Assembly (NCBI GenBank): GCA_964373665.1
Contig: CAYJVM010000004.1
Location: forward strand, 1-57,130
Reading direction: 5' to 3'
DNA: 57,130 nucleotides
Origin: an uncultured archaeon
GTDB taxonomy: Archaea; Aenigmatarchaeota; Aenigmatarchaeia; CG10238-14; SCSR01
Shown: piece after piece, positions 19,446 through 28,392 of the stretch
Layout: every line of letters starts with the position of its first letter
Numbering within the stretch: position 1 is the stretch's first letter
Translations under genes and position numbers: made by a program
Notes under the pieces: model-generated
What the model was told of the DNA's origin: nothing
What the model saw: the letters and a program-made list of their open reading frames with translations, nothing else
Databases searched by the model: none

Positions 19446-19739
19446 TTACATTTTTACTCTAGCCAGTCTAGTCAGGACAACGTCCATGTTCTTGGCGACT
19501 TCGTCCCCAAACTCGGTAAGCTTGACAATCTTTATCCTGCCTTTCTTTTCAAAGTCGACAAGGCCGTATTCCTGAAACAAGTCAAGCAATTTCACTGTGT
19601 GCGAGTAAGTGCAATCGGTTTCCTTTGCAATTATTGTAGCGTACTTCGGTCCTGATTTGAGTGATGTGAGCATTTTGACAGGCTTTAATCTGAAAAACAG
19701 CTTTGGACCAAATTTTTGTTTCCCAGTCAAAATTATCAC
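19446..19739 (-). CDS. Winged-HTH DNA-binding protein
   Basis: YATIIAKETDCTYSHTVKLL...GLVDFEKKGRIKIVKLT. Confidence 0.85.
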   Translation of the reverse strand: MIILTGKQKFGPKLFFRLKPVKMLTSLKSGPKYATIIAKETDCTYSHTVKLLDLFQEYGLVDFEKKGRIKIVKLTEFGDEVAKNMDVVLTRLARVKM

Positions 19740-19850
19740 ACCTTTAATTAATTGACCTGATGGAATATTTATACTTATTCATTTAGTTGAAAAGACATGC
19801 TTTCAAACACAACTGTTAAAGATTAATTTCTAGCGGACAAATATAGTTTA

Positions 19851-20681
19851 ATGGTAGTCCTACTCAGGCCGCCCGTCGCCGCAGGAACGCTTTATGACTT
19901 GAATTCCGATAACTTGAGGAAGCAGCTAGACTATTTGTTGGGAGGCGCGAAGACGAAAAAATTCAAGGAACGTGTTTTGGGTGCCCTTGTCCCGCATTCT
20001 TCATACATATACTCCGGGGAAGTGGCCGCAGAGTTTTATTCGGGTGTGGAAAAGTCCAATTTTGTTATCTTGGGCAGCAATCACTCGACATCAGGTTCGA
20101 CATTCGCAGTCATGAAAAACAGCTTGTGGAAAACTCCCATTGGGGAAGTTGTGGTGGACGATTTTTTCGCGGAAAGACTGCTGAAAGAATGCGGCCTAGT
20201 GGAGTTTGATGCCTTCGTTCATGAGAGCGAGTTCTCAATAGAGGTGCAACTGCCGTTCCTCCTGCACAAAATGACTGAGTTCAAGATGCTACCACTGACT
20301 ATCAATGACCAAATGCCCGACAAGGCCTTTCTCGAAAATTGCAGGATTGTTGGGAAAACTGTGGGAAAGCTGGCGAAGGCTATAGGTGGATGGAAGGTTA
20401 TTGGAAGCTCAGACCTCTCGAGAACAATGCAGAAAGAGCTTACTTATCTCGCTGACAAACAATTGATCAGATCCATATCAAAGCTTGACGCGAAGGGCTT
20501 TTTTGAGAAGATAAAGGAAACGGGAATGAATGTTTGCGGTTATGGGACTGTAGCAGCGGCTATTTACGCTGTAAAGGAGATGGGTGCCAAGAAAGCTAGG
20601 GTGCTGCGGTACGGCACTATCGCAGACCTTGGCGAGGATCAGCTGCCGATCACAGGCTATGCATCCATAATATTTTATTAG
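19851..20681 (+). CDS. MEMO1 family protein (AmmeMemoRadiSam protein B)
   Basis: RPPVAAGTLY, VPHSSYIYSG, SIEVQLPFL, SSDLS, CGYG and GYASI motifs. Confidence 0.9.
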   Translation: MVVLLRPPVAAGTLYDLNSDNLRKQLDYLLGGAKTKKFKERVLGALVPHSSYIYSGEVAAEFYSGVEKSNFVILGSNHSTSGSTFAVMKNSLWKTPIGEVVVDDFFAERLLKECGLVEFDAFVHESEFSIEVQLPFLLHKMTEFKMLPLTINDQMPDKAFLENCRIVGKTVGKLAKAIGGWKVIGSSDLSRTMQKELTYLADKQLIRSISKLDAKGFFEKIKETGMNVCGYGTVAAAIYAVKEMGAKKARVLRYGTIADLGEDQLPITGYASIIFY

Positions 20682-20702
20682 CTTACCAATTCTCTATTTG
20701 TT

Positions 20703-22355
20703 ATGAAAGACCTGATTTACAAACATGCGCTTATCAATGCGGTTGAGCACGGAGGCAAGGCTGACCCAAAGGCCGTTTTAGGCAAGGTTATAGCAGAAAA
20801 TCCTTCTGTGAAATCAGACATAAAGACTGTGATTGAGGAAATCAAAAAAATAGTTGTAGATGTGAACTCACTTCCTCTGAAAGAGCAAGAAAGCCTGCTT
20901 AAAAAGTTGGGTGTGAAGCAGGAGGAGAAAAGAGTTGAGCAAGGACTTGCCGATTTACCGAATGTTAAAGGAAATGTTGTGATGAGGCTTGCACCGTATC
21001 CATCAGGGCCTCTTCATATAGGAAACGTGAGGATGGTGATTCTGAACGACGAGTATGTGAAAAGGTACAAAGGCAAACTATTGCTTGTTTTCGACGATAC
21101 AATAGGAAGCGAGGAGAAGTTCATACTTCCTGAGGCATACGGGATGATTATAGACGGATTAAAATGGATGGGTGTGAAGCATGGCAAAGCCTTTTACAAA
21201 TCCGACAGGATCAAGATATTCTATAAAGTTGCAGAGTATTTGATGAAACGTGACTATGTTTATGTATGCGAATGCCGTGCGGCAAAATTGCGCGGCAATA
21301 GGGCAGATGGTATTGCTTGTGCTCACCGAGAACAAAGTGTCGAAGAAAATCTTTTGAAATGGAAGCACATGCTCAACGGAGAGTATAAGGAAGGTGCTGC
21401 TGTCCTAAGGCTGAAAACTGACATGAGCCATCCAAATCCCGCATTTAGAGACAGGGTGTTGTTCAGGATTGCAGAAAGAAAGCATCCGAGAGTTGGTAAA
21501 AAATACAGGGTATGGCCAATGCTTGAATTTTCGTGGGCTGTTGATGACCATCTGTTCGGGGTCACTCATATACTGAGGGGGAAGGACTTGATGATAGAAG
21601 ACGAGATGGAAAGATTCATTTGGGACTTGATGGTGTGGAACAAGCCCGAAATTTTACATTACGGAATATTGAACCTTGAAGGTGCGAAGCTGAGCAAGAC
21701 CGAATCGAGAAGAATGATTGAAAAGGGAAATTACAGCAAGTGGGATGACCCACGGACATGGAGCCTTCAGTCATTGAGGAAAAGAGGGATTCAACCAGAA
21801 GCTATTAGAAACTTTGTGAAAAACATGGGGCTAAGCTTGGCGGATGTCAAAGTCCCTATGGAGATTCTTTATTCCGAGAATAGGAAGTTGGTGGACCAAA
21901 AGGCTAACAGATATTTCGCTGTCCTAGAACCGGTAAAGATATCGGTAAAGGATGCAGGAAAAGATAAGACTGAGGCTCAATTGCACCCAGACTTTCCTAA
22001 AAGGGGAAAGAGAAAAATTCCTGTCGACCCAAGTGCAATTTACGTGGAGAGGAAAGACTTTAAGAACCTTGAAGGTCAAGAAGTCGGACTGATGAATTTA
22101 CTTTCTATAAGATTGAATAGAAACTCTACAGTAACCTCGCAGGATGTTAAATATGAAATCCAAAAAATACATTGGGTGTCCAAGCCCAACGTTAAGATTA
22201 AGGTTGTTATGCCAGATGGTGAAATTGTTGCAGGCATCGCTGAACCAAGTTTGAAGAAACTTAAACTGGGGGCGCTTGTCCAATTTCCAAGAATTGGCTT
22301 TGTCAGACTGAACAAGAAGGGTAAGGAACTATTGCTGTGTTTCACTCACAAATGA
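20703..22355 (+). CDS. gltX: Glutamate--tRNA ligase (archaeal type)
   Basis: RLAPYPSGPLHIGN, LSKT and WDDPRTWSL motifs. Confidence 0.96.
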   Translation: MKDLIYKHALINAVEHGGKADPKAVLGKVIAENPSVKSDIKTVIEEIKKIVVDVNSLPLKEQESLLKKLGVKQEEKRVEQGLADLPNVKGNVVMRLAPYPSGPLHIGNVRMVILNDEYVKRYKGKLLLVFDDTIGSEEKFILPEAYGMIIDGLKWMGVKHGKAFYKSDRIKIFYKVAEYLMKRDYVYVCECRAAKLRGNRADGIACAHREQSVEENLLKWKHMLNGEYKEGAAVLRLKTDMSHPNPAFRDRVLFRIAERKHPRVGKKYRVWPMLEFSWAVDDHLFGVTHILRGKDLMIEDEMERFIWDLMVWNKPEILHYGILNLEGAKLSKTESRRMIEKGNYSKWDDPRTWSLQSLRKRGIQPEAIRNFVKNMGLSLADVKVPMEILYSENRKLVDQKANRYFAVLEPVKISVKDAGKDKTEAQLHPDFPKRGKRKIPVDPSAIYVERKDFKNLEGQEVGLMNLLSIRLNRNSTVTSQDVKYEIQKIHWVSKPNVKIKVVMPDGEIVAGIAEPSLKKLKLGALVQFPRIGFVRLNKKGKELLLCFTHK

Positions 22356-22356
22356 T

Positions 22357-22641
22357 TCAATAAACAAACCTTATCCCATTGCTTTCTATGCTGTGTAAAC
22401 CTTTGTGAAATGTGCCTCCTTCTGGAATTTTGAAAAGCCATCTAACCCATCTGGGAAAATCACTACCCTCGGTGATTATGTATGTTATAGTTGTATCTTG
22501 GCCGGCTTGGAACCCATCAACCTTGGCTCTGTATCTTTCCAAGCCTTGCGTCGTATCTATGGTAAGTTCTCCCCATCCGTTGTAATGGCGGTTGTAACGT
22601 ATAACTTCCATTATTGTTCCCCGAATGCGTTCTTTATACAT
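22357..22641 (-). CDS. Hypothetical protein
   Basis: 94-aa ORF filling the gap between gltX and rpl7ae. Confidence 0.4.
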   Translation of the reverse strand: MYKERIRGTIMEVIRYNRHYNGWGELTIDTTQGLERYRAKVDGFQAGQDTTITYIITEGSDFPRWVRWLFKIPEGGTFHKGLHSIESNGIRFVY

Positions 22642-22707
22642 GATGAGCTCTTGTGAGTAAAGGATTTAAACATTATCCATAAATAGAAATAGAGGATGTG
22701 GTAGCAA

Positions 22708-23079
22708 ATGCCGAAATCATATGTAAAATTCGAGGTGCCTAAAGATGTCAGCGACAAGACTTTGCAAGCTGTCGAGATGGCAAAGAACACTGGGAAGATA
22801 AGGAAAGGCATCAACGAAAGTACGAAAGCTGTTGAAAAGGGCGACGCCAAGCTTTTGGTTATAGCTTTGGATGTGGATCCTGAAGAGATTGTGATGCATC
22901 TTCCTGCGTTGTGCGAGGAAAGGAAAATTCCGTATATCTATGTTCCTGCAAAGCTTGAGCTTGGAAGGGCTGCAGGTTTGGACGTCCAGTCAGCTGCGAT
23001 TTGCATAGTGAATGCTGGAGAAGGCAACGATCTTGTGAATGAAATTGTCAAAACCATTTCGAAACTGATCGCCAAGTGA
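22708..23079 (+). CDS. rpl7ae: Ribosomal protein eL8 (L7Ae)
   Basis: [17 protein letters not shown] and [12 protein letters not shown] motifs. Confidence 0.98.
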   Translation: MPKSYVKFEVPKDVSDKTLQAVEMAKNTGKIRKGINESTKAVEKGDAKLLVIALDVDPEEIVMHLPALCEERKIPYIYVPAKLELGRAAGLDVQSAAICIVNAGEGNDLVNEIVKTISKLIAK

Positions 23080-23083
23080 TTTA

Positions 23084-23293
23084 ATGGCAGGAGAATCTTA
23101 CCCGGCTGAAGTATTGCAATTGATGGGCAGAACCGGTGTCAAGGGCGTCATGCAGGTAAGGTGCAGGGTTATTGACGGTCCTGACAGGGGAAAGATTCTG
23201 ACGAGAAATGTGATAGGTCCGATAAGGGTCAAGGATGTGCTTATGCTGAGAGAGACTGAGATGGAGTCTGCCGGCAAGATGGAAGCCAGGTAA
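23084..23293 (+). CDS. rps28e: Ribosomal protein eS28
   Basis: GRTGVKG..QVRCRV...RNVIGPIR. Confidence 0.97.
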   Translation: MAGESYPAEVLQLMGRTGVKGVMQVRCRVIDGPDRGKILTRNVIGPIRVKDVLMLRETEMESAGKMEAR

Positions 23294-23298
23294 TTGAA

Positions 23299-23469
23299 AT
23301 GAAATGCTCGTTCTGCAGCTCAAATATTCCAAAGGGCACTGGCAAGATGTTTGTAGGTCCTACAGGAGAGGTTCACTATTGGTGCAGATCAAAGTGCGAG
23401 AATAATTTTGAGATGGGAAGGAATAAGAAGAAATTAAAGTGGGCTAGAGCTGTTAAGAAGAAAGGTTAA
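23299..23469 (+). CDS. rpl24e: Ribosomal protein eL24
   Basis: Hand-translated MKCSFCSSNIPKGTGKMFV...WCRSKCENNFEMGRNKKKLKWA; conserved L7Ae-S28e-L24e order. Confidence 0.95.
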   Translation: MKCSFCSSNIPKGTGKMFVGPTGEVHYWCRSKCENNFEMGRNKKKLKWARAVKKKG

Positions 23470-23493
23470 TTTATCTTTACTAAAATTATTTAT

Positions 23494-23596
23494 GGGCTGG
23501 TAGATCAGTCCGGTAGATCGTCTGCATAGAATAATTCGCAGGTGGCATAGAGATCGCCGAAGCAGAAGGCCCAGGGTTCAAATCCCTGCCAGTCCA
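23494..23596 (+). tRNA. tRNA-Ala (probably GGC) with two predicted introns (23528-23543 and 23549-23561)
   Basis: Acceptor GGGCTGG/CCAGTCC with G3:U70; T-arm CAGGG-TTCAAAT-CCCTG; anticodon stem TCTGC/GCAGA encloses 36 nt instead of 7. Confidence 0.85.
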
Positions 23597-23727
23597 CTCC
23601 AGAAAAATAGAAAGGTCCTCTGAATGAGTCTGGCCCTTCTTCAGCAACGTGTGTGTATTGCCGTGGTCTATTTTTAGGCATAATAATCTGTGCGATGATA
23701 AAAATTTAAAATCATACTGATTAGAAA

Positions 23728-24030
23728 TTAGGAGACATTAACATGTCCTTCGCTGATTTCTTTTGCGACTTGACTCGGTCTTTTCCCATCAACCAAAACT
23801 CCGTTCATGCTATTTAGTGTTCCCAGTACTATTTTGACGGAACCTGTCAAGTCTTTCGCAGATAAACTGCTCATTCTTTCCTTTGAGATTTTTACAACTC
23901 CCTCAAGTTTTACGTCAGCTACATGTGTCACTCCATTTGCCTTGTCCTCCTCGGTAATCTTAGCTGTGTCTATCTTGAATTCCTTCTTAATCATCTTAAC
24001 TGTTACACTTCTCGGTTCCTTCTTTGCCAT
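23728..24030 (-). CDS. rpl11: Ribosomal protein uL11, C-terminal (rRNA-binding) domain only
   Basis: Follows spt5; VVKISKERM...VKIVLGTLNSMNGVLVDGKRP matches the L11 CTD; Pro-rich NTD absent. Confidence 0.8.
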   Translation of the reverse strand: MAKKEPRSVTVKMIKKEFKIDTAKITEEDKANGVTHVADVKLEGVVKISKERMSSLSAKDLTGSVKIVLGTLNSMNGVLVDGKRPSQVAKEISEGHVNVS

Positions 24031-24034
24031 TAAA

Positions 24035-24475
24035 TCACTTCTTTCTCTTTTCCAAGACTTTGACGAATTCCACTGAGACAGTGATGGGAATGGGCACTGG
24101 CGTTTCTATCGGCTCCATCGTCAACTCACGCTTGACCTTGTCATATCTAGTAACCTTTCCTTTCTCGCCTTTAAACGGCCCGCCGATAATTTCGACTGTA
24201 TCACCCACATCAAGCTCCACCTCGACCTTCCTAGGTTGCAGAAATCTCTCAATCTGACTCAGCTCTACCGGCTTTTTGATCAGCCCCCGCGAATGGGGCA
24301 GGTCTTTTGAAATCTTTTCCAAATCGTCGATGCTCCCTTCAACAAAAATATATCCCTTGATCTCCTCCGGATGGACTATGGATTTAATATCAAGACTGTC
24401 GGTGACGACTTTCGCGGCCACAGCTTCAGCTACTACATTCTCCCTTCCAACTACAGTCTTTATCGTGTAAATCAT
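24035..24475 (-). CDS. spt5: Transcription elongation factor Spt5 (NusG)
   Basis: KGYIFVE NGN motif; KOW motif GDTVEIIGGPFKGEKGKV. Confidence 0.96.
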   Translation of the reverse strand: MIYTIKTVVGRENVVAEAVAAKVVTDSLDIKSIVHPEEIKGYIFVEGSIDDLEKISKDLPHSRGLIKKPVELSQIERFLQPRKVEVELDVGDTVEIIGGPFKGEKGKVTRYDKVKRELTMEPIETPVPIPITVSVEFVKVLEKRKK

Positions 24476-24643
24476 TTAACCGACCAATAAAACAGATGCA
24501 AGGTAAAATATAAATCCTACTGCCCCTATCATGGAAATTCCTGTTACGCACATTTTGAAAGTGTCGAAATATTCCTCAGTGTCAGGTTTTTTTGCTATCT
24601 TAAGTATCCTTATGTAGTTGGAGAACATTTCTTTCAAGTTCAA
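24476..24643 (-). CDS. secE: Protein translocase SecE / Sec61-gamma
   Basis: Hand-translated YIRILKIAKKPDTEEY...GISMIGAVGFIFYL; lies between ftsZ and spt5; exact start uncertain. Confidence 0.9.
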   Translation of the reverse strand: MNLKEMFSNYIRILKIAKKPDTEEYFDTFKMCVTGISMIGAVGFIFYLASVLLVG

Positions 24644-24648
24644 TACAA

Positions 24649-26850
24649 TCACTCAACGAACTCTATTCCCAAGAATTTTTCTATATCTTTCTTTTTGCGA
24701 CCGGCTGGGCCCTTTCCATCCTGAGTTGAGTTCACTCCTGTGATAATAAGCATCGTCCTGACAGTATCTCCGAGTGATTTGTCGACTTGAACTCCCCATA
24801 TTATTTTCGCGTCTGGTGAGAGCTTTGACGAGACTGCATCAGCTATTTGCTGAGCTTCTCTTATCGTAATCTCCGGCCCCCCTATGACATTGATCAAGGC
24901 TCCCTGAGCCCCGTTGACATCAACAGTCATCATAGGATTGTTCAGGGCTCTTTCAACAGACTCGAACGCCCTGTTCTCGGAGTTGCTCTCACCCACCCCT
25001 ATCAAAGCAAGACCGCTTTCCCTCATTATCGTCCTTACATCGGCAAAGTCGAGGTTTACAAGACCTGGTTTTGTGATCAGCTCTGTTATTCCCTTTACTG
25101 AATTCACCAGAATTTCATCGGCGACCTTGAATGCAGTCGTTATGCTCACGTCCGGGACTATTTCCAGAAGCTTGTCGTTTGGTATAATTATCAACGTGTC
25201 GACTATGGATTCGAGATTTCTCAAGCCTTCTCTTGCATTGTTCATTCGTGACCTGCCTTCCATTGAGAACGGCATCGTAACTACAGCGACAGTAAGCGCG
25301 CCGATCTTCTTCGCTATTTCTGCCACTACAGGAGCGCTTCCTGTTCCTGTATTATGCACAAGGAATCCTTCGGCAACAAAATTATGGCTTCCATCCACAG
25401 TTATATCATAGACGTCTTCCTCGCCCAAATATTTGACTGATTTGACTCTTGTAAAGCCGAAGTGCTTGAAAAACTCTGACCGGATAGTTCCCCTATAACC
25501 GTACAAGAACCCTATACCGTTTCTTTCCCGTGATTTCTCCAGAGACTTGTTTAGTTGGTGAAGTTTGTAGATTCGCACTTCCCAAGATGTGCTTATCAAC
25601 TTTTGTTTCGAGTTTGGCGGTTTGATTTCACGAGTTCTTGACGAGACATTACTTGACCTCAAACCGAGGTAATCGCATAAAACCTTCAGTTGTTTTATGA
25701 GCTTTTCACTACCCATTTCAAACCTAAGCTCAATCTTATCTTTTCCGTTCACTTTCCTTTGGCGATAGTAATGCCCGTCCGCATCAGCTAGTCCGAGGAT
25801 AAATTCCCTTTTATAGGAATCTGGCAGTTTGAATACCCATGATAGAATTTCCTTTTCTTTAGCGTGTTTATTCAAACCAAGTTTCCACAAAAGTTCATAA
25901 ACGCGCTTAGAATTCGCATAATACCAATTATCGTGTTTTTTCATCACAAGGCCAAATATTTCTTTAATAAGCGAAATATATTTCTGATTCCTTTCTTCAT
26001 CTTTAGATGGGGAAAAATGGATTTTCCAGCTGTCCGTGCTTCTTGATACCCAACCGTCTCCTAAAAGAAAACCGAACAGTCTGCAAAAACTCTCGGTTGC
26101 ATAAAACCCATTCTCTATCTCCAGCTTTGGTTCGTCGAGTTCAGGCGCCTTCCTCAAGGTAACTACAAGATCGTTAGGGCTTAAATTCTTGGCTTCCACC
26201 CATTCGAAAGCAAACTTGGAAAATCTGCCACTCTTGTCTTTTCTTTTCGGCACAACTTTCAGAAACGGATGGTCATAGGAAGCGACCAACGAGCTGTTCC
26301 TTGTCCTCACCTCAAATATCTTTTTGACGCCAGTTTTCATGGCGGCTACTACAGACTTTTTTACAAGGTTTCCATCCTCCAACGAGTAAACAAAGGATCC
26401 TGGATGTATGGAATCTATTCTCACAGGACCTTGTGGATTAGTGTATATCGTGGAACTACCTCTCAAACATCCGCCACCCAGACCGCAGGCAATAAAGACC
26501 ATGTCTGCTCCCTGCAACAGCTTTTTTATGTCGTCCTTGCTTTCCTTTGCCGACTCCATACCTACATTGGGATTGGCACCTGCCCCCAGGCCTTGCGTCA
26601 GATCTTTTCCTATAACAAGTTTTTTATCGGCTTCTGTGTTCAGCAAATCAACAGCATCCGTGTTCAATGCTATCGTCTCAGCCCCCACTATTCCGACCTG
26701 CATCAGTCTGGTGATTGTGTTCCCACCAGACCCTCCGCACCCGACAACCTTTATGCTCGTCCTTCTCTGGTCGATCATCTGCTTGATATAACTGTCGTAT
26801 TCGTTCTCCTTTTCCGACCTTGACCTGTCCGCCAACTGTTTGACTCCCAT
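24649..26850 (-). CDS. ftsZ: Cell division protein FtsZ containing an intein
   Basis: VVGCGGSGGN, GLGAGANP, GLGGG|TGTG and NLDFADV motifs; about 360-aa extein after removing the intein; ftsZ-secE-spt5-L11 synteny. Confidence 0.95.
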   Translation of the reverse strand: MGVKQLADRSRSEKENEYDSYIKQMIDQRRTSIKVVGCGGSGGNTITRLMQVGIVGAETIALNTDAVDLLNTEADKKLVIGKDLTQGLGAGANPNVGMESAKESKDDIKKLLQGADMVFIACGLGGGCLRGSSTIYTNPQGPVRIDSIHPGSFVYSLEDGNLVKKSVVAAMKTGVKKIFEVRTRNSSLVASYDHPFLKVVPKRKDKSGRFSKFAFEWVEAKNLSPNDLVVTLRKAPELDEPKLEIENGFYATESFCRLFGFLLGDGWVSRSTDSWKIHFSPSKDEERNQKYISLIKEIFGLVMKKHDNWYYANSKRVYELLWKLGLNKHAKEKEILSWVFKLPDSYKREFILGLADADGHYYRQRKVNGKDKIELRFEMGSEKLIKQLKVLCDYLGLRSSNVSSRTREIKPPNSKQKLISTSWEVRIYKLHQLNKSLEKSRERNGIGFLYGYRGTIRSEFFKHFGFTRVKSVKYLGEEDVYDITVDGSHNFVAEGFLVHNTGTGSAPVVAEIAKKIGALTVAVVTMPFSMEGRSRMNNAREGLRNLESIVDTLIIIPNDKLLEIVPDVSITTAFKVADEILVNSVKGITELITKPGLVNLDFADVRTIMRESGLALIGVGESNSENRAFESVERALNNPMMTVDVNGAQGALINVIGGPEITIREAQQIADAVSSKLSPDAKIIWGVQVDKSLGDTVRTMLIITGVNSTQDGKGPAGRKKKDIEKFLGIEFVE
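25351..26469 (-). mobile_element. Intein (373 aa) with LAGLIDADG homing endonuclease in ftsZ
   Basis: Starts CLRGSS; block B SYDHPF; LFGFLLGDGW and FILGLADADG; ends VYDITVDGSHNFVAEGFLVHN; +1 residue Thr. Confidence 0.95.
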
Positions 26851-26890
26851 AAGAAACCTTATATTTAATTCATAGATTAATAATAAATCT

Positions 26891-27559
26891 TTAATTTTCC
26901 TTGGCAAAAACGTCCATAAAGCTTACTTTTTTGATGCCGTCCACCCACTTCATGACAGTGTCTGCCATGTTCTTCTTCACGGCCTTTGGAAAGTCCGCCT
27001 TTTGTATCGTTATGGTAGCCTCGCCGTCGCCTATAATTGGGTTCGAGTCTTCCATTTTTAGGCCAGTAAAGTACCTGACGACGCCTTGTATCTTTTCGAC
27101 ATTGTCCTTCAGCTCTGATTTGATTTCAATATCATATTCTATCGTCCTCCCAGCCATTGGATGATTGAAGTCTATCCTCACTCTTCCGCCGTCAACGCTC
27201 AGTATCCGCCCTTCCATTCCCTTGACATTCACAGTCCTTCCTACAGACGGTTCCACTTCGCTTCCTTTGAAAGCCGACATGGGCACAAGGGTCACAAGCT
27301 CTGCCTTCCTCTCGCCGAATGACTTTTCGGGGGGTATATCCACCGTCCTTTTCTCGCCGACATTCATCTCCCTGAACGCATCCTCCATACCTGGAATGAC
27401 TTGCTTGGCGCCGACAATTATTGGAACCGAGCCGTAGTTTGCATTGGGGTTGTACATCCCAGAAGTTATCGCTGTCTCACCATTAGTGGTGTCAAAAACT
27501 TCGCCGTTGTCCTTAGTTTTTCCGGTGAATTCAATCGTTATGAAATCTCCGTCTTTCAT
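26891..27559 (-). CDS. FKBP-type peptidyl-prolyl isomerase (long archaeal SlyD-like)
   Basis: GEVFDTT, VIPGME and IDFNHPMAG motifs. Confidence 0.92.
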   Translation of the reverse strand: MKDGDFITIEFTGKTKDNGEVFDTTNGETAITSGMYNPNANYGSVPIIVGAKQVIPGMEDAFREMNVGEKRTVDIPPEKSFGERKAELVTLVPMSAFKGSEVEPSVGRTVNVKGMEGRILSVDGGRVRIDFNHPMAGRTIEYDIEIKSELKDNVEKIQGVVRYFTGLKMEDSNPIIGDGEATITIQKADFPKAVKKNMADTVMKWVDGIKKVSFMDVFAKEN

Positions 27560-27631
27560 TGTAGGATGTTGCAACCCAAAGTTTAAAAGTGTTTGCACGC
27601 AACGATTTATTTGTTAACATCAATTCAGATT

Positions 27632-27985
27632 ATGACGTTATTTGGCAGACAGAAAGAAGATTGGAAGAAAAGGCTTGGTGAAGAGGATATGGAAAGACTT
27701 GCTTCCATAATCAGTTCGGTGAACAAATACAGGTACGCATACGAGTCTGCCGACGATCCCAGGATTGCGCAGCTGTGGGCAGCTTTGATTGAGATGCAGA
27801 AAAGGATGGAGAGGACGAATGAACTGCTTGGGAAATTGGAAGAGCCTTTCAGGGCGATAGTTGAGATAGGCGACAATGAAAAAAGGAAGACTATAGAGGC
27901 GCTTGTCAACGAGATGATCAAGCCTGATGACGACGCTGGTGAAGAAGCGACGCGCAAACTTGTTGACAGCTTGATGAAGTTTTGA
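27632..27985 (+). CDS. Conserved hypothetical helical protein
   Basis: AYESADDPRIAQLWAALIE; coiled-coil character. Confidence 0.65.
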   Translation: MTLFGRQKEDWKKRLGEEDMERLASIISSVNKYRYAYESADDPRIAQLWAALIEMQKRMERTNELLGKLEEPFRAIVEIGDNEKRKTIEALVNEMIKPDDDAGEEATRKLVDSLMKF

Positions 27986-28351
27986 CTATTCTAAGGTCAG
28001 AACAGAAAGACATTGTTCTATTCTTGAATCCTCACTTTCTATCTTAACGGAATTTCCATTTTCAAAACGCCTGTACCTTAAAATTCCTCTGAGTTTTTCC
28101 ATTTTACTAATTAAAAATATTTTATCTGGCATTCTATCTGAAAAAAAATCACTACCATCTTGAAAAAGATGACGTGCTTTAAATATGTTAGGGTAGTCTT
28201 CTCGTGTCGGAGAAGACACATCATATCCGTTGCTTGATAAAAGTTGTACTACTTCTTCTGCTGTAACACCTTGTCTCAATGGATAAGCGTCTATTTGCAA
28301 TTGTCTACTATAAAACTCGTAAACGATACGTTCTCCAAAATTTAATTCCAT
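27986..28351 (-). CDS. Hypothetical protein
   Basis: 121-aa ORF, no recognised motif. Confidence 0.5.
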   Translation of the reverse strand: MELNFGERIVYEFYSRQLQIDAYPLRQGVTAEEVVQLLSSNGYDVSSPTREDYPNIFKARHLFQDGSDFFSDRMPDKIFLISKMEKLRGILRYRRFENGNSVKIESEDSRIEQCLSVLTLE

Positions 28352-28392
28352 ATTGAGTAGATAGTAGAAAAACTTTTTAAACCTTTAGTAAA

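Noticed and set aside
23526..23540. Reading the 23494 tRNA as Ser(AGA) or Ala(CGC)
   Set aside because: G3:U70 and the short variable arm exclude Ser. The CGC model gives no acceptable bulge-helix-bulge, whereas the GGC model does.
26851..26907. Longer ftsZ start given in the ORF track
   Set aside because: Overlaps the PPIase 3' end and an AT-rich promoter-like spacer; ATG at 26850 is more plausible.
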